A stretch of DNA of 17,901 bases, from the NCBI GenBank assembly GCA_043798915.1, contig JAZDOG010000028.1:1-17901 (forward strand), given 5' to 3'. Of the stretch, positions 10,667 through 17,901 are shown one piece after another. The notes beneath the pieces are model-generated. The model was not told the DNA's origin, did no database searches, and saw only the letters and a program-made list of their open reading frames with translations. The position numbers and the translations under genes were made by a program. The DNA is from Pseudomonadota bacterium (GTDB lineage Bacteria > UBA10199 > 2-02-FULL-44-16 > JAAZCA01). The first letter of the stretch is position 1. The number at the start of each line of letters is the position of its first letter.

Positions 10667-11395
10667 TCAGCTGAAGTATTCGCGGTTGATCTTCGCCCAG
10701 AAGTCATCCGTGAAGTCGATCAGGTCCTTGGAGACGAGCCTGATCTTGTTGACGTAGATGTTGTAGAAGATCACCGCGGGGATCGCGGCCGCAAGGCCGA
10801 TGGCGGTTGCGATGAGCGCTTCGGCGATGTGGGGTCCAACGATCGCGAGGCTCGTCGCGCCGGTGCGGCCGATCTTCCAGAAGGCGTTCAGGATTCCCCA
10901 CACGGTGCCGAACAGCCCGATGAACGGGGCTGCGCTGCCTGTCGTGGCCAGGAACGGCACGCCGTATTCCATCTCGGCGATTTCATCCTCGGCCGCCCGC
11001 CTGATTTCCTTTTCGACGACTATTGCGGAGTGCGGCGATTTCGTCTGGTTTTCCCGGAGCGTGTCGATGCCCGCCTTGAAGACGCTGAAGGCCGGGCTCT
11101 TTCGGAACGAACCCTTCGACACGATGGCGTCTATGGATTTCGACTGCCAGAAGAGCTGATAGAAGCGGTCGGAGCGCTTTTTGGCGTTCTTGAGCTGGCG
11201 GTGTTTGCTGCCGATGATCGCCCAGGAGACCACGGAAAAGATGACCAGCAGGAGGAGCGTAAGCTGGACCACCGTGTTCGCGTGCAGGACGAGCGAGATG
11301 AGATTGTGGTCGCCGCCCATCTCCGTCGCCTCTATGACGCCCCCGGCCTGTGCCGGTGCCTGTGCAAGAAGACCCATGATTGCCAAGAAATTCAT
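10667..11395 (-). CDS. tolQ: TolQ (MotA/TolQ/ExbB proton channel)
   Basis: FLATTGSAAPFIGLFGTVWGI; IAEALIATAIGLAAAIPAV. Confidence 0.93.
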   Translation of the reverse strand: MNFLAIMGLLAQAPAQAGGVIEATEMGGDHNLISLVLHANTVVQLTLLLLVIFSVVSWAIIGSKHRQLKNAKKRSDRFYQLFWQSKSIDAIVSKGSFRKSPAFSVFKAGIDTLRENQTKSPHSAIVVEKEIRRAAEDEIAEMEYGVPFLATTGSAAPFIGLFGTVWGILNAFWKIGRTGATSLAIVGPHIAEALIATAIGLAAAIPAVIFYNIYVNKIRLVSKDLIDFTDDFWAKINREYFS

Positions 11396-11434
11396 ACGGT
11401 TTCCCTTCCTTTGAGGTGTATTTTATGAAGGCGG

Positions 11435-11464
11435 ATACTAAGGTTCAAGGGGCACGGATGTCAA
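11435..11464 (-). promoter_or_regulatory. Candidate sigma70 promoter for the tol operon
   Basis: Minus strand TTGACA (11464-11459), 18-nt spacer, TAGTAT (11440-11435), about 40 nt upstream of the tolQ ATG. Confidence 0.55.
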
Positions 11465-11638
11465 TACTTGTGAGGGCGCTCCCCGCAAATCACGGCCAGT
11501 CAACAATCTGGCATTCCAATGTGTTACATATGTCTCCGGTACCTACTGATGTCAAAATTTCCATTGCGTCAAAATCCTCATCACTTTAATTCGATTTTCT
11601 CTTTTTGAGAACCGCCTCCCCAAACAAATAATATTTAA

Positions 11639-11651
11639 AATCAAATAGTTA
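11639..11651 (+). promoter_or_regulatory. IHF-binding site
   Basis: AATCAAATAGTTA matches WATCAANNNNTTR, is preceded by an A/T tract and sits just upstream of a sigma54 promoter. Confidence 0.65.
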
Positions 11652-11665
11652 CAACTTTACTATCG

Positions 11666-11681
11666 TGGCACGAGTGTTGCA
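11666..11681 (+). promoter_or_regulatory. sigma54 (RpoN) -24/-12 promoter
   Basis: TGGCACGAGTGTTGCA matches TGGCAC-N5-TTGCW exactly, about 60 nt upstream of ATG 11743. Confidence 0.85.
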
Positions 11682-11742
11682 AATAACATAGCTTGGTGGA
11701 AAGGGAACATCAATCGACCTCAAGGTCAGAAAAGGAGGGATT

Positions 11743-12240
11743 ATGGGAGGCGGAATGATAAACAAAGTGGAGGGCGCAGTTTCACAGCCCAAATTGGAAC
11801 AGCGGAATTTCGCCCGCCAGCTGGCGGCATTCATGAAAGCGAAGAAGGCAGGGGATTTTGAAAAAAAAGAAGTCCTCTACAACGACCACGATCACCCAAA
11901 GGATTACGCGACAGGCGTGGGTGTACCGCTGTCCGCCTTTTTCCACATCGTGCCGGAGGCCCGGATGGCTAAAGGAGAAGAGGCGAAGCTTGCCGCCGTG
12001 GAGAAGTTTTTCGACGGTTGGGAACAGGTCAAGGATAAGAAGGGGCGTCCGTGCATCCTTGGCTATGAGAAGGATAACAGTATCGTAGCACAACAGAAGC
12101 TGGCGTCGCGCAGTATGGTGTTTGAGCCGGAAGAGGAAGAGCGGCCGACGGCCGTTGTCGGCAAAAACGCTGCAGGTATTCCAACGGACAAAGCTGCAGT
12201 GCCATTCGGCAAAGAGCCGCCTCCGTTTCCTAAGAAGTGA
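11743..12240 (+). CDS. Hypothetical protein (165 aa), hydrophilic
   Basis: AGGAGG RBS before ATG 11743 (alternative ATG 11755), own promoter and terminator; no family motif recognised. Confidence 0.75.
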   Translation: MGGGMINKVEGAVSQPKLEQRNFARQLAAFMKAKKAGDFEKKEVLYNDHDHPKDYATGVGVPLSAFFHIVPEARMAKGEEAKLAAVEKFFDGWEQVKDKKGRPCILGYEKDNSIVAQQKLASRSMVFEPEEEERPTAVVGKNAAGIPTDKAAVPFGKEPPPFPKK

Positions 12241-12265
12241 GTACGTGACCTGAAAGAATAGGGGG

Positions 12266-12299
12266 GCCTCCGTTCTTCTTCAGAAACGGAGGCTTTTTT
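12266..12299 (+). terminator. Rho-independent terminator
   Basis: GCCTCCGTT (12266-12274) / AACGGAGGC (12285-12293) stem followed by T6. Confidence 0.8.
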
Positions 12300-12309
12300 A
12301 AGATGTTAG

Positions 12310-13323
12310 CTATTTGCAATACTTCTGCATGCGCTTTGCGTAGCCGCTGCCTGCCGGGCGCAGATCCGCCGCCCGCCTGGCCTCGTTGCAGGCCTCAGCT
12401 TTGTTGCCGTAGCGTTGCCATAGCAGAAGTGAATAGTTGAAATGGGTATGCGCGAAGCCTGGATCGTATCGCATCGCCTCCTGATAGAGCTTCCTGATGC
12501 GGTCGGTCTCATTATTCCCCTGCGGCGACTTCCAAAGCATCGTCGCCAGATTATCGTAGTAAACAGCCATCGCGCCGAGCGCTGTCAACTTCGACTGTTC
12601 GGTGTGGCCCTGGTCGGAGACGATGTGGTGATAGAGGTCTACTATAAATATCTTTTCCGGATGATCCGGATCGAGGTGCAGGCCGATGGCCATATGTTCG
12701 GTGATCTCCGGATCGATGCGGTCTTTTTCGACGTAGAGAAATTCAGGCGCCAGGCCCGCAAGCCTGAAGACAGTGTATGCAAGCCTTGAGAGTTCGCTGC
12801 AGTCGCCTTCCCGCCGACCGTCGGGCTGGACCAGAAATTCCATGAGCATCATTTCCCTTGATGCCCCCTCCACCTCCACTACGACAAAGCTCACGCCTTT
12901 GGCGGACTCCATCCATGAGACGAGTTCAGCGACAAACGCGCGATTGAATTCGAGTGTTCCCTCCACCAGGCCCTTTGCCTTTGTCTCTGCCCTCGCTTTG
13001 GCGATAGCGCCGCCTATCTTCACGAGCATCTGGTTGTCGGTGTTTGTGAGCGGATTGAAATCGTTCACAAGCCATGGAACGCGGAAGGTTGTTTTCGTGG
13101 AGACGAGGTCGGTGAAGGGGCGCCCGGAATGGCCGCCGCTTGTCACGAACTCGTCCTCTTCTTTCTCGAGGAGGGAGATCGAATTTGCATATATCGACCT
13201 GGCCCTGGCCTGGCAGTTCTGGGCGGGACTCAGCTTGGCCTTTATATCCCCGGGCAGAATATCGTAGAGGACTGCCGCCTTGGGATCCGATGCCGCGAGG
13301 TTTGTGCATGCGTCATTGGACAT
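12310..13323 (-). CDS. Transglutaminase-like (Cys-His-Asp) domain protein with C-terminal TPR-like repeats
   Basis: EGDC175SELS...FRLAGL, EH210MAIGL, IVD229L; C-terminal LYQEAMRYDPGFAHTHFNYSLLL...EARRAADLRP. Confidence 0.65.
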   Translation of the reverse strand: MSNDACTNLAASDPKAAVLYDILPGDIKAKLSPAQNCQARARSIYANSISLLEKEEDEFVTSGGHSGRPFTDLVSTKTTFRVPWLVNDFNPLTNTDNQMLVKIGGAIAKARAETKAKGLVEGTLEFNRAFVAELVSWMESAKGVSFVVVEVEGASREMMLMEFLVQPDGRREGDCSELSRLAYTVFRLAGLAPEFLYVEKDRIDPEITEHMAIGLHLDPDHPEKIFIVDLYHHIVSDQGHTEQSKLTALGAMAVYYDNLATMLWKSPQGNNETDRIRKLYQEAMRYDPGFAHTHFNYSLLLWQRYGNKAEACNEARRAADLRPAGSGYAKRMQKYCK

Positions 13324-13359
13324 GGGTTTTGGTGCCGGCCTTTCCCGCCAGCGTCCTTC

Positions 13360-13386
13360 TTATCGCACATATGGGAAAAAAGTTGC
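13360..13386 (-). promoter_or_regulatory. Candidate sigma28 (FliA/WhiG)-like promoter
   Basis: Minus strand GCAACTTT-N11-TGCGATAA versus consensus TAAAGTTT-N11-GCCGATAA, 36 nt upstream of ATG 13323. Confidence 0.45.
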
Positions 13387-13470
13387 GTGTTATCTGGCCA
13401 ATGTTTGCATTTTTTTTGGCGGCGGATTTTGCTGGCCGAGTGGGCCTTTATGGGCTATAGGCGCGTCGCT

Positions 13471-14277
13471 ATGGCACTTGATCCGCAAGGCCCCATCGGC
13501 ATATTCGACTCCGGAATAGGCGGTCTCACCGTCCTGGCGGCCATTCGCCGGCATCTGCCACATGAATCGCTCATCTATCTCGGCGACACCGCTCGCCTCC
13601 CATATGGAACGAAGTCTGCGGAGACGGTCGTGCGCTACTCGCGCGAATGCGCCGCGTTTCTCATCGAGCGGGGCGTCAAGGCGCTCGTCGTCGCCTGCAA
13701 CACGGCCTCGGCCTATGCCCTTCCCGAACTCTCGCGGCGTTTCGATCTGCCGGTCCTGGGTGTGATCGAGCCCGGCTCGGCGGCGGCGCTCGCCGTTAGC
13801 AAGAGCCGTGGCATAGGCGTCATCGGCACCGCGGGGACGATCGCCTCCAACGCCTATGGCAGCGCGCTCAAGGCCCTCGACCCGCGTGTCCGCGTCGTCT
13901 CGCGGGCCTGTCCGATCTTCGTGCCGCTGGTCGAGGAGGGCTGGATTGAAAACGAGGTGGCCGTGGCCGCCGCGAACCGCTACCTCGGCGGCATGCGCGA
14001 AGAGGGGATCGACACGCTGATTCTCGGATGCACGCACTACCCGCTCCTTGCGGGGGTCATAGGGAAGACGGTCGGCGAGGGGGTTGCCCTCGTGGATTCA
14101 GCCGAGACCACGGCGCGCGCCCTCACGGAGCTTCTGGCGAAAAACTCGATCGCCGCGAGCGGGGCCGCGGGCGTCTCGCATCGCATCTATGTGACGGACG
14201 TCCCTGCGAAATTCGAGTCGATCGCCCACAGATTCCTCGCGGGAGATCTTCCTTCCGTGACCAGAGTGGACCTGTAG
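13471..14277 (+). CDS. murI: Glutamate racemase
   Basis: PIGIFDSGIGGLTV, GDTARLPYGTKS, VACNTAS and ILGCTHYP (both catalytic Cys). Start placed at ATG 13471, not ORF-track 13129. Confidence 0.96.
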   Translation: MALDPQGPIGIFDSGIGGLTVLAAIRRHLPHESLIYLGDTARLPYGTKSAETVVRYSRECAAFLIERGVKALVVACNTASAYALPELSRRFDLPVLGVIEPGSAAALAVSKSRGIGVIGTAGTIASNAYGSALKALDPRVRVVSRACPIFVPLVEEGWIENEVAVAAANRYLGGMREEGIDTLILGCTHYPLLAGVIGKTVGEGVALVDSAETTARALTELLAKNSIAASGAAGVSHRIYVTDVPAKFESIAHRFLAGDLPSVTRVDL

Positions 14278-14290
14278 AAAACCTGCTTTT

Positions 14291-15037
14291 TCACCCGATC
14301 AGAATCAAAAGCGCCATAATCCCTATGCCAAGCAGGATGCAGCAGAGCTGCCATATCGATGGCAGGATATTAACGTCGTGGTGGAGTTCCGGTATGAGGT
14401 CCGAGCCCGCCACATACACGAAGCCGCCGGCCGTGATTGGCAGGAGAAAATTGGCGTAGCCGGCGACATGGGGTCCGACCGTGAGCGAGAACAGGGCGCC
14501 GGCCACTGCGACGAGCGCCGAGAGAAAATTCCACAACAGGGCCTTCCTGACCGACAAACCTCCGTGGACGAGGACGCCGAAATTTCCAAGCTCGTGCGGT
14601 ATCTCGTGCAGGACGATCGCCAGCGTCGTCGCGATTCCGATGGGGATGCTCACGAGGTAGCTGGCGCCGATCAGCATGCCGTCGATCAGATTGTGGGCCG
14701 CGTCGCCGAAGATGTTCATGAATGCCACGGGCTGCGCGTGCCCTTTGCACTCATCGTTGTGACAGTGCCTCCAGCGTATGAATTTTTCGAGGATGAAGAA
14801 GAGAAGAATGCCCATGAGGACAAGGAGCGGGGTGGTGAGCCCCAAGCCGAGCGCCCTGAAGGATTCCGGAAGCAGGTGGATAAATGCGTCGCCGAAGAGC
14901 CCGCCCACCGCGAAGCTCACGAGGAGGAAGAGCGCCTTCTTCAAGTTTTCCCTCTTGAGCGCGAGTGTCACGACCCCGACGAGCGAGAGGAGGCTTACAA
15001 TGGCCACGCTCACCAGCGTATAGGCCCAGATGTGCAT
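14291..15037 (-). CDS. ZIP family divalent metal transporter
   Basis: About 8 TM; DAFIHLLPES, His/Cys loop RHCHNDECKGH, TM4 HNLIDG, TM5 LHEIPHE, SDLIPELH. Confidence 0.92.
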   Translation of the reverse strand: MHIWAYTLVSVAIVSLLSLVGVVTLALKRENLKKALFLLVSFAVGGLFGDAFIHLLPESFRALGLGLTTPLLVLMGILLFFILEKFIRWRHCHNDECKGHAQPVAFMNIFGDAAHNLIDGMLIGASYLVSIPIGIATTLAIVLHEIPHELGNFGVLVHGGLSVRKALLWNFLSALVAVAGALFSLTVGPHVAGYANFLLPITAGGFVYVAGSDLIPELHHDVNILPSIWQLCCILLGIGIMALLILIG

Positions 15038-15038
15038 A

Positions 15039-15809
15039 TCACTTCTCTTTCCCGAAAAATCCCGGCAGGCGGATCTTCAGATATCCGCCGAGATCGCAGC
15101 TCTTTCGCTTGGTGACCGGTCCTCTCTGTTCGTTCATCGAAGAGGTCTTGATATCTATCGTCCAGATGGTGGGTGCGATGCAGCTCTCTACCGTTTCGCA
15201 CTCGACGCTCATCTGGCGGCTGATGGCCGAGTAGCCCATGAGCACGATCGTGTCCTTGCCGCGCCAGTAGGCGTCGTCCACTCCTTCGAGCGCCGAGCAG
15301 TCGAGTATTTTCCTGGCTCGCTTTTCGGATGGCGTGTAGAGCGCCACTCCGCACGGGATCTCTATATAGGGCTGCCAGGCATCCCCCTCTTTCTTGTAGA
15401 GGAGCCTGCCCCAATAGGGGTTTAAGCGCCGCTTGCCGTCCGGGGATTTCAGATAGAACATCCTGCCCGGCCCTTCGCCCATCTGCTCCGGGCTGAGCAT
15501 CGGGATATCTTCGTCGTAGATCTGGGACTGGCCGATGTCTTCCATCGTGTCGAGCGAGAAATTGGACACGCATTTTTTCCACCACGCCGCCCACGCCTTG
15601 ACCTTCTTGTCGCCGGAGATCTCAACCACCTTGTTGACCTCGGGCGCTTCCTCTTTCTGCCTGGTGAGGTCGACCTCGCTTTCGCCGAGATGTTTGAATT
15701 TGCCTCGAGCCGGACCCCCGCTCTTGTATCCGTTGAAGAAGGCGACGAAGATGAATGCGAAGAAGACAAGAATAGCGGCCTTGCGGCCGATGTGAAGAAA
15801 TCGTTTCAT
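15039..15809 (-). CDS. Hypothetical N-terminally membrane-anchored, probably periplasmic protein
   Basis: ATG 15809 preceded by AAGGGGG; basic N-terminus plus hydrophobic AAILVFFAFIFVAFF; six Cys in the soluble domain; tightly packed between neighbours. Confidence 0.75.
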   Translation of the reverse strand: MKRFLHIGRKAAILVFFAFIFVAFFNGYKSGGPARGKFKHLGESEVDLTRQKEEAPEVNKVVEISGDKKVKAWAAWWKKCVSNFSLDTMEDIGQSQIYDEDIPMLSPEQMGEGPGRMFYLKSPDGKRRLNPYWGRLLYKKEGDAWQPYIEIPCGVALYTPSEKRARKILDCSALEGVDDAYWRGKDTIVLMGYSAISRQMSVECETVESCIAPTIWTIDIKTSSMNEQRGPVTKRKSCDLGGYLKIRLPGFFGKEK

Positions 15810-15820
15810 GGCATCCCCCT

Positions 15821-17326
15821 TCACCATTTTATACGATATATCCCGCCGAATTTTTTGCGCAGGTAGGCCAGGAAAAAGCGCGCATCCGGCTTCTCGCCGG
15901 TGGCGCGCGCGATCAGCTCCGCCGGGGCGTATCTGCGCCCGTGCCGGTGAATCCTGTCGCGGAGCCAGGCGAGGATCGTAGAAAAATCGCCCGCCGCCAT
16001 CTTGCCATCAACGTTCCTCACCTGCTTTCGAATGGTTGCCCAGAGCTGCGCTGCGTATAGATTGCCGAGCAGGTACGTCGGAAAATAGCCGAAGCCCCCC
16101 TGGGCCCAGTGCGTATCCTGGAGGACTCCCTCCGCGTCGTTTTTCGGCCGGATGCCGAGCAGCCCCTCCATCCTGCTGTTCCAGAATGCCGGCAGTTCGC
16201 CCACCTTCGTCTCTTTGGCGATGAGGGCCTTCTCGATTTCGTAGCGCAGGACCACGTGGAGGTTGTAGGTCGCCTCGTCGGCCTCCACGCGGATGGGCGA
16301 CGGCACCACCCTGTTGATCGCGTGCCAGAACTTTTCCGCTCCGACGCCCTTGAGCTGGCGCGCGAAGCGTTTTTTGAGCCGCGGCAGGAGGAATGAAACG
16401 AACGGGCGGCTGCGGCCGATCATGTTCTCCCAGAGCCGCGACTGCGATTCGTGGACGCCCAGCGACACCGCCTCAGCCAGCGGCGTGCTTAAGTTTTTTT
16501 CTTCGAAGCCCTGCTCGTAGAGCGCGTGCCCCGACTCGTGGATGACGCCGTAGAGGGACTGCGTGAGCAGCCTCTCGTTGTAGCGCGTCGTGATCCTGAC
16601 GTCCGTCGGCGCTATGCCGCAGCAGAAGGGGTGGGCCGAGCGGTCGAGGCGGCTCGCCTTGATGTCGATACCCATCGCCGCCATGACTTCGCGGAGCAGG
16701 GCCTCCTGGTCGCGCTCCGGGTAACGGCGGAGGAGGGGCTTCGTGTCGATGATCACACCGGAGTCGCGTATGGCGGCGACGATCGGTACGAGGCCCTTTT
16801 GCAGCTCGCCCACGATGGGGTCGAGTTCAGCCACTGTCATCCTGGGTTCGTAATCGTCGAGGAGGGCGTCGTAGGGGACCCCTTCGTAGCCCATGGCGTC
16901 CGCCTGGCGGCGTTTGAGATCGATGGTCTTTTCGAGCCACGGCGCGAATGCGGCAAAATCGGATTTCCGCCTGGCCTTTATCCACGCATCCTGGGCGAGC
17001 GATGCAACGCGCGACATTTCGCGGACGAGATCCGCCGGAAGCCTGGCCGACTTTTCATGGTCGCGCAGCCATTCGCGGACGCAGACGCGTTCATCGTCGG
17101 AGAGGGGGGAGGGATCAGCGGCGAGCTGCCGGAGCGAATCGCCGAGCGACGGATCGATGAGTTTTTCGTGTATGACTGCCGAGAGCGCTGCGGACTGCTC
17201 TGCCCGGGCGGCGGAGCCGCGCTCGGGCATCATCGTCTCATGGTCCCAGCCCACGACACCCGCTGCCTGTGCCAGGGCAGAGATGTCCTTCATCCTTGCG
17301 GCGATTTGCTGATAATTTTCGCCCAT
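15821..17326 (-). CDS. Carboxypeptidase, peptidase family M32 (Taq-like)
   Basis: WD.ETMMP, YDALLDDYEP, HPF, DVRITTRY, HESGH (HExxH), HESQS, IRVEADE, LQDTHW, GYFPTY. Confidence 0.96.
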   Translation of the reverse strand: MGENYQQIAARMKDISALAQAAGVVGWDHETMMPERGSAARAEQSAALSAVIHEKLIDPSLGDSLRQLAADPSPLSDDERVCVREWLRDHEKSARLPADLVREMSRVASLAQDAWIKARRKSDFAAFAPWLEKTIDLKRRQADAMGYEGVPYDALLDDYEPRMTVAELDPIVGELQKGLVPIVAAIRDSGVIIDTKPLLRRYPERDQEALLREVMAAMGIDIKASRLDRSAHPFCCGIAPTDVRITTRYNERLLTQSLYGVIHESGHALYEQGFEEKNLSTPLAEAVSLGVHESQSRLWENMIGRSRPFVSFLLPRLKKRFARQLKGVGAEKFWHAINRVVPSPIRVEADEATYNLHVVLRYEIEKALIAKETKVGELPAFWNSRMEGLLGIRPKNDAEGVLQDTHWAQGGFGYFPTYLLGNLYAAQLWATIRKQVRNVDGKMAAGDFSTILAWLRDRIHRHGRRYAPAELIARATGEKPDARFFLAYLRKKFGGIYRIKW

Positions 17327-17779
17327 TCACTTAGGCCTGGCTTTTATGACGTTTACCTCGACCCTGCGGTTCTTCGCGCGATTTGCGGCAGTCGTATTCG
17401 GGACGAGAGGCCTCTTGCGGCCCCATCCGACCGTGTGCATGCGCCTGGTTTCGATGCCCTTGAGGGCAAAATAGTCATAGACCACCTGAGCCCGCTTATC
17501 AGAGAGCTTTTGGTTGTAGTCGTCGCTGCCGATTATGTCGCAATGGCCTTCGACGGAGATGTCGAGGGTCTTGTCCCTCTTGAGGAGATCGACATCCTTG
17601 TCGAGGAGCACCTTGCCCTCGGGCTTGATGACTGATTTGTTGAAGTCGAAGTTGACGCCGTCGAGCACTGTCACCTTGATGACCTTGCCGCAGTCGACGC
17701 AGCGGGCGGCGCAGCCCATGGCAAGCGGTATTGCGAATACCGCGGTTGCCAGCAAAGCCAGGATTGAGCGGTTCTTCAT
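17327..17779 (-). CDS. OmpA-C-like peptidoglycan-binding lipoprotein
   Basis: GGAGG RBS 8 nt before ATG 17779; lipobox-like AMG|C; GVNFDFNKS, VEGHCD, YNQKLSDKRA, NRAKNRRVE. Confidence 0.88.
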   Translation of the reverse strand: MKNRSILALLATAVFAIPLAMGCAARCVDCGKVIKVTVLDGVNFDFNKSVIKPEGKVLLDKDVDLLKRDKTLDISVEGHCDIIGSDDYNQKLSDKRAQVVYDYFALKGIETRRMHTVGWGRKRPLVPNTTAANRAKNRRVEVNVIKARPK

Positions 17780-17901
17780 CGTGGACACCTCCCGTTAGTT
17801 GTTGGCCGAGAATTGCCACCTCTCCGGCTCAAAAGCAAGAGGCAATCGAGGGCTCGCTGCTGGCATTCAGTGACGGACAGCCTCTGCCCGGCGGGGCCTT
17901 T

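Noticed and set aside
11380..11834. Small ORFs in the A/T-rich spacer (11380..11589 +, 11649..11834 -)
   Set aside because: No motifs or convincing RBS; the region is explained by promoter elements.
13129..13470. Extended murI start from the ORF track
   Set aside because: It overlaps the opposite-strand gene and its promoter; MurI homology begins after ATG 13471.
6847..17635. Long shadow ORFs (6847..8103 -, 7164..8153 +, 9306..10163 +, 10214..11428 +, 14378..15115 +, 16526..17635 +)
   Set aside because: All are antisense or off-frame to well-supported genes, show no motifs, and are expected in GC-rich DNA.
17327..17779. Assigning the symbol pal
   Set aside because: It lacks Pal-specific DERG, LGxRRA and SYGxExP signatures.
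17780..17901. Riboswitch or terminator upstream of the OmpA-like gene
   Set aside because: Only weak GC pairing at the window edge, no recognisable aptamer, and the context is truncated.

Overview
GC-rich bacterial chromosomal window from a diderm; the gene content and regulatory motifs suggest a delta-proteobacterial-like lineage (inference). Left, + strand: a 5'-truncated PreT-like/PreA-like dihydropyrimidine dehydrogenase pair coupled to a threonine-synthase-fold PLP enzyme, then a separately promoted membrane pyrophosphatase of the divergent K+-independent type. Middle, - strand: a tolQ-tolR-tolA-tolB operon with no pal, continuing into a Ppx/GppA phosphatase and a compact methyltransferase carrying the signature motifs of eukaryotic protein-arginine methyltransferases (PRMT), the most striking item here. 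Next are two convergent unassigned genes: one behind a consensus sigma54 promoter with an IHF site, the other a transglutaminase-like/TPR protein behind a sigma28-like promoter. Right: murI (+) converging on an OmpA-like lipoprotein / M32 carboxypeptidase / membrane protein / ZIP transporter operon (-). No rRNA, tRNA, CRISPR array or mobile element was seen. All calls come from reading motifs by eye; no database searches were run.
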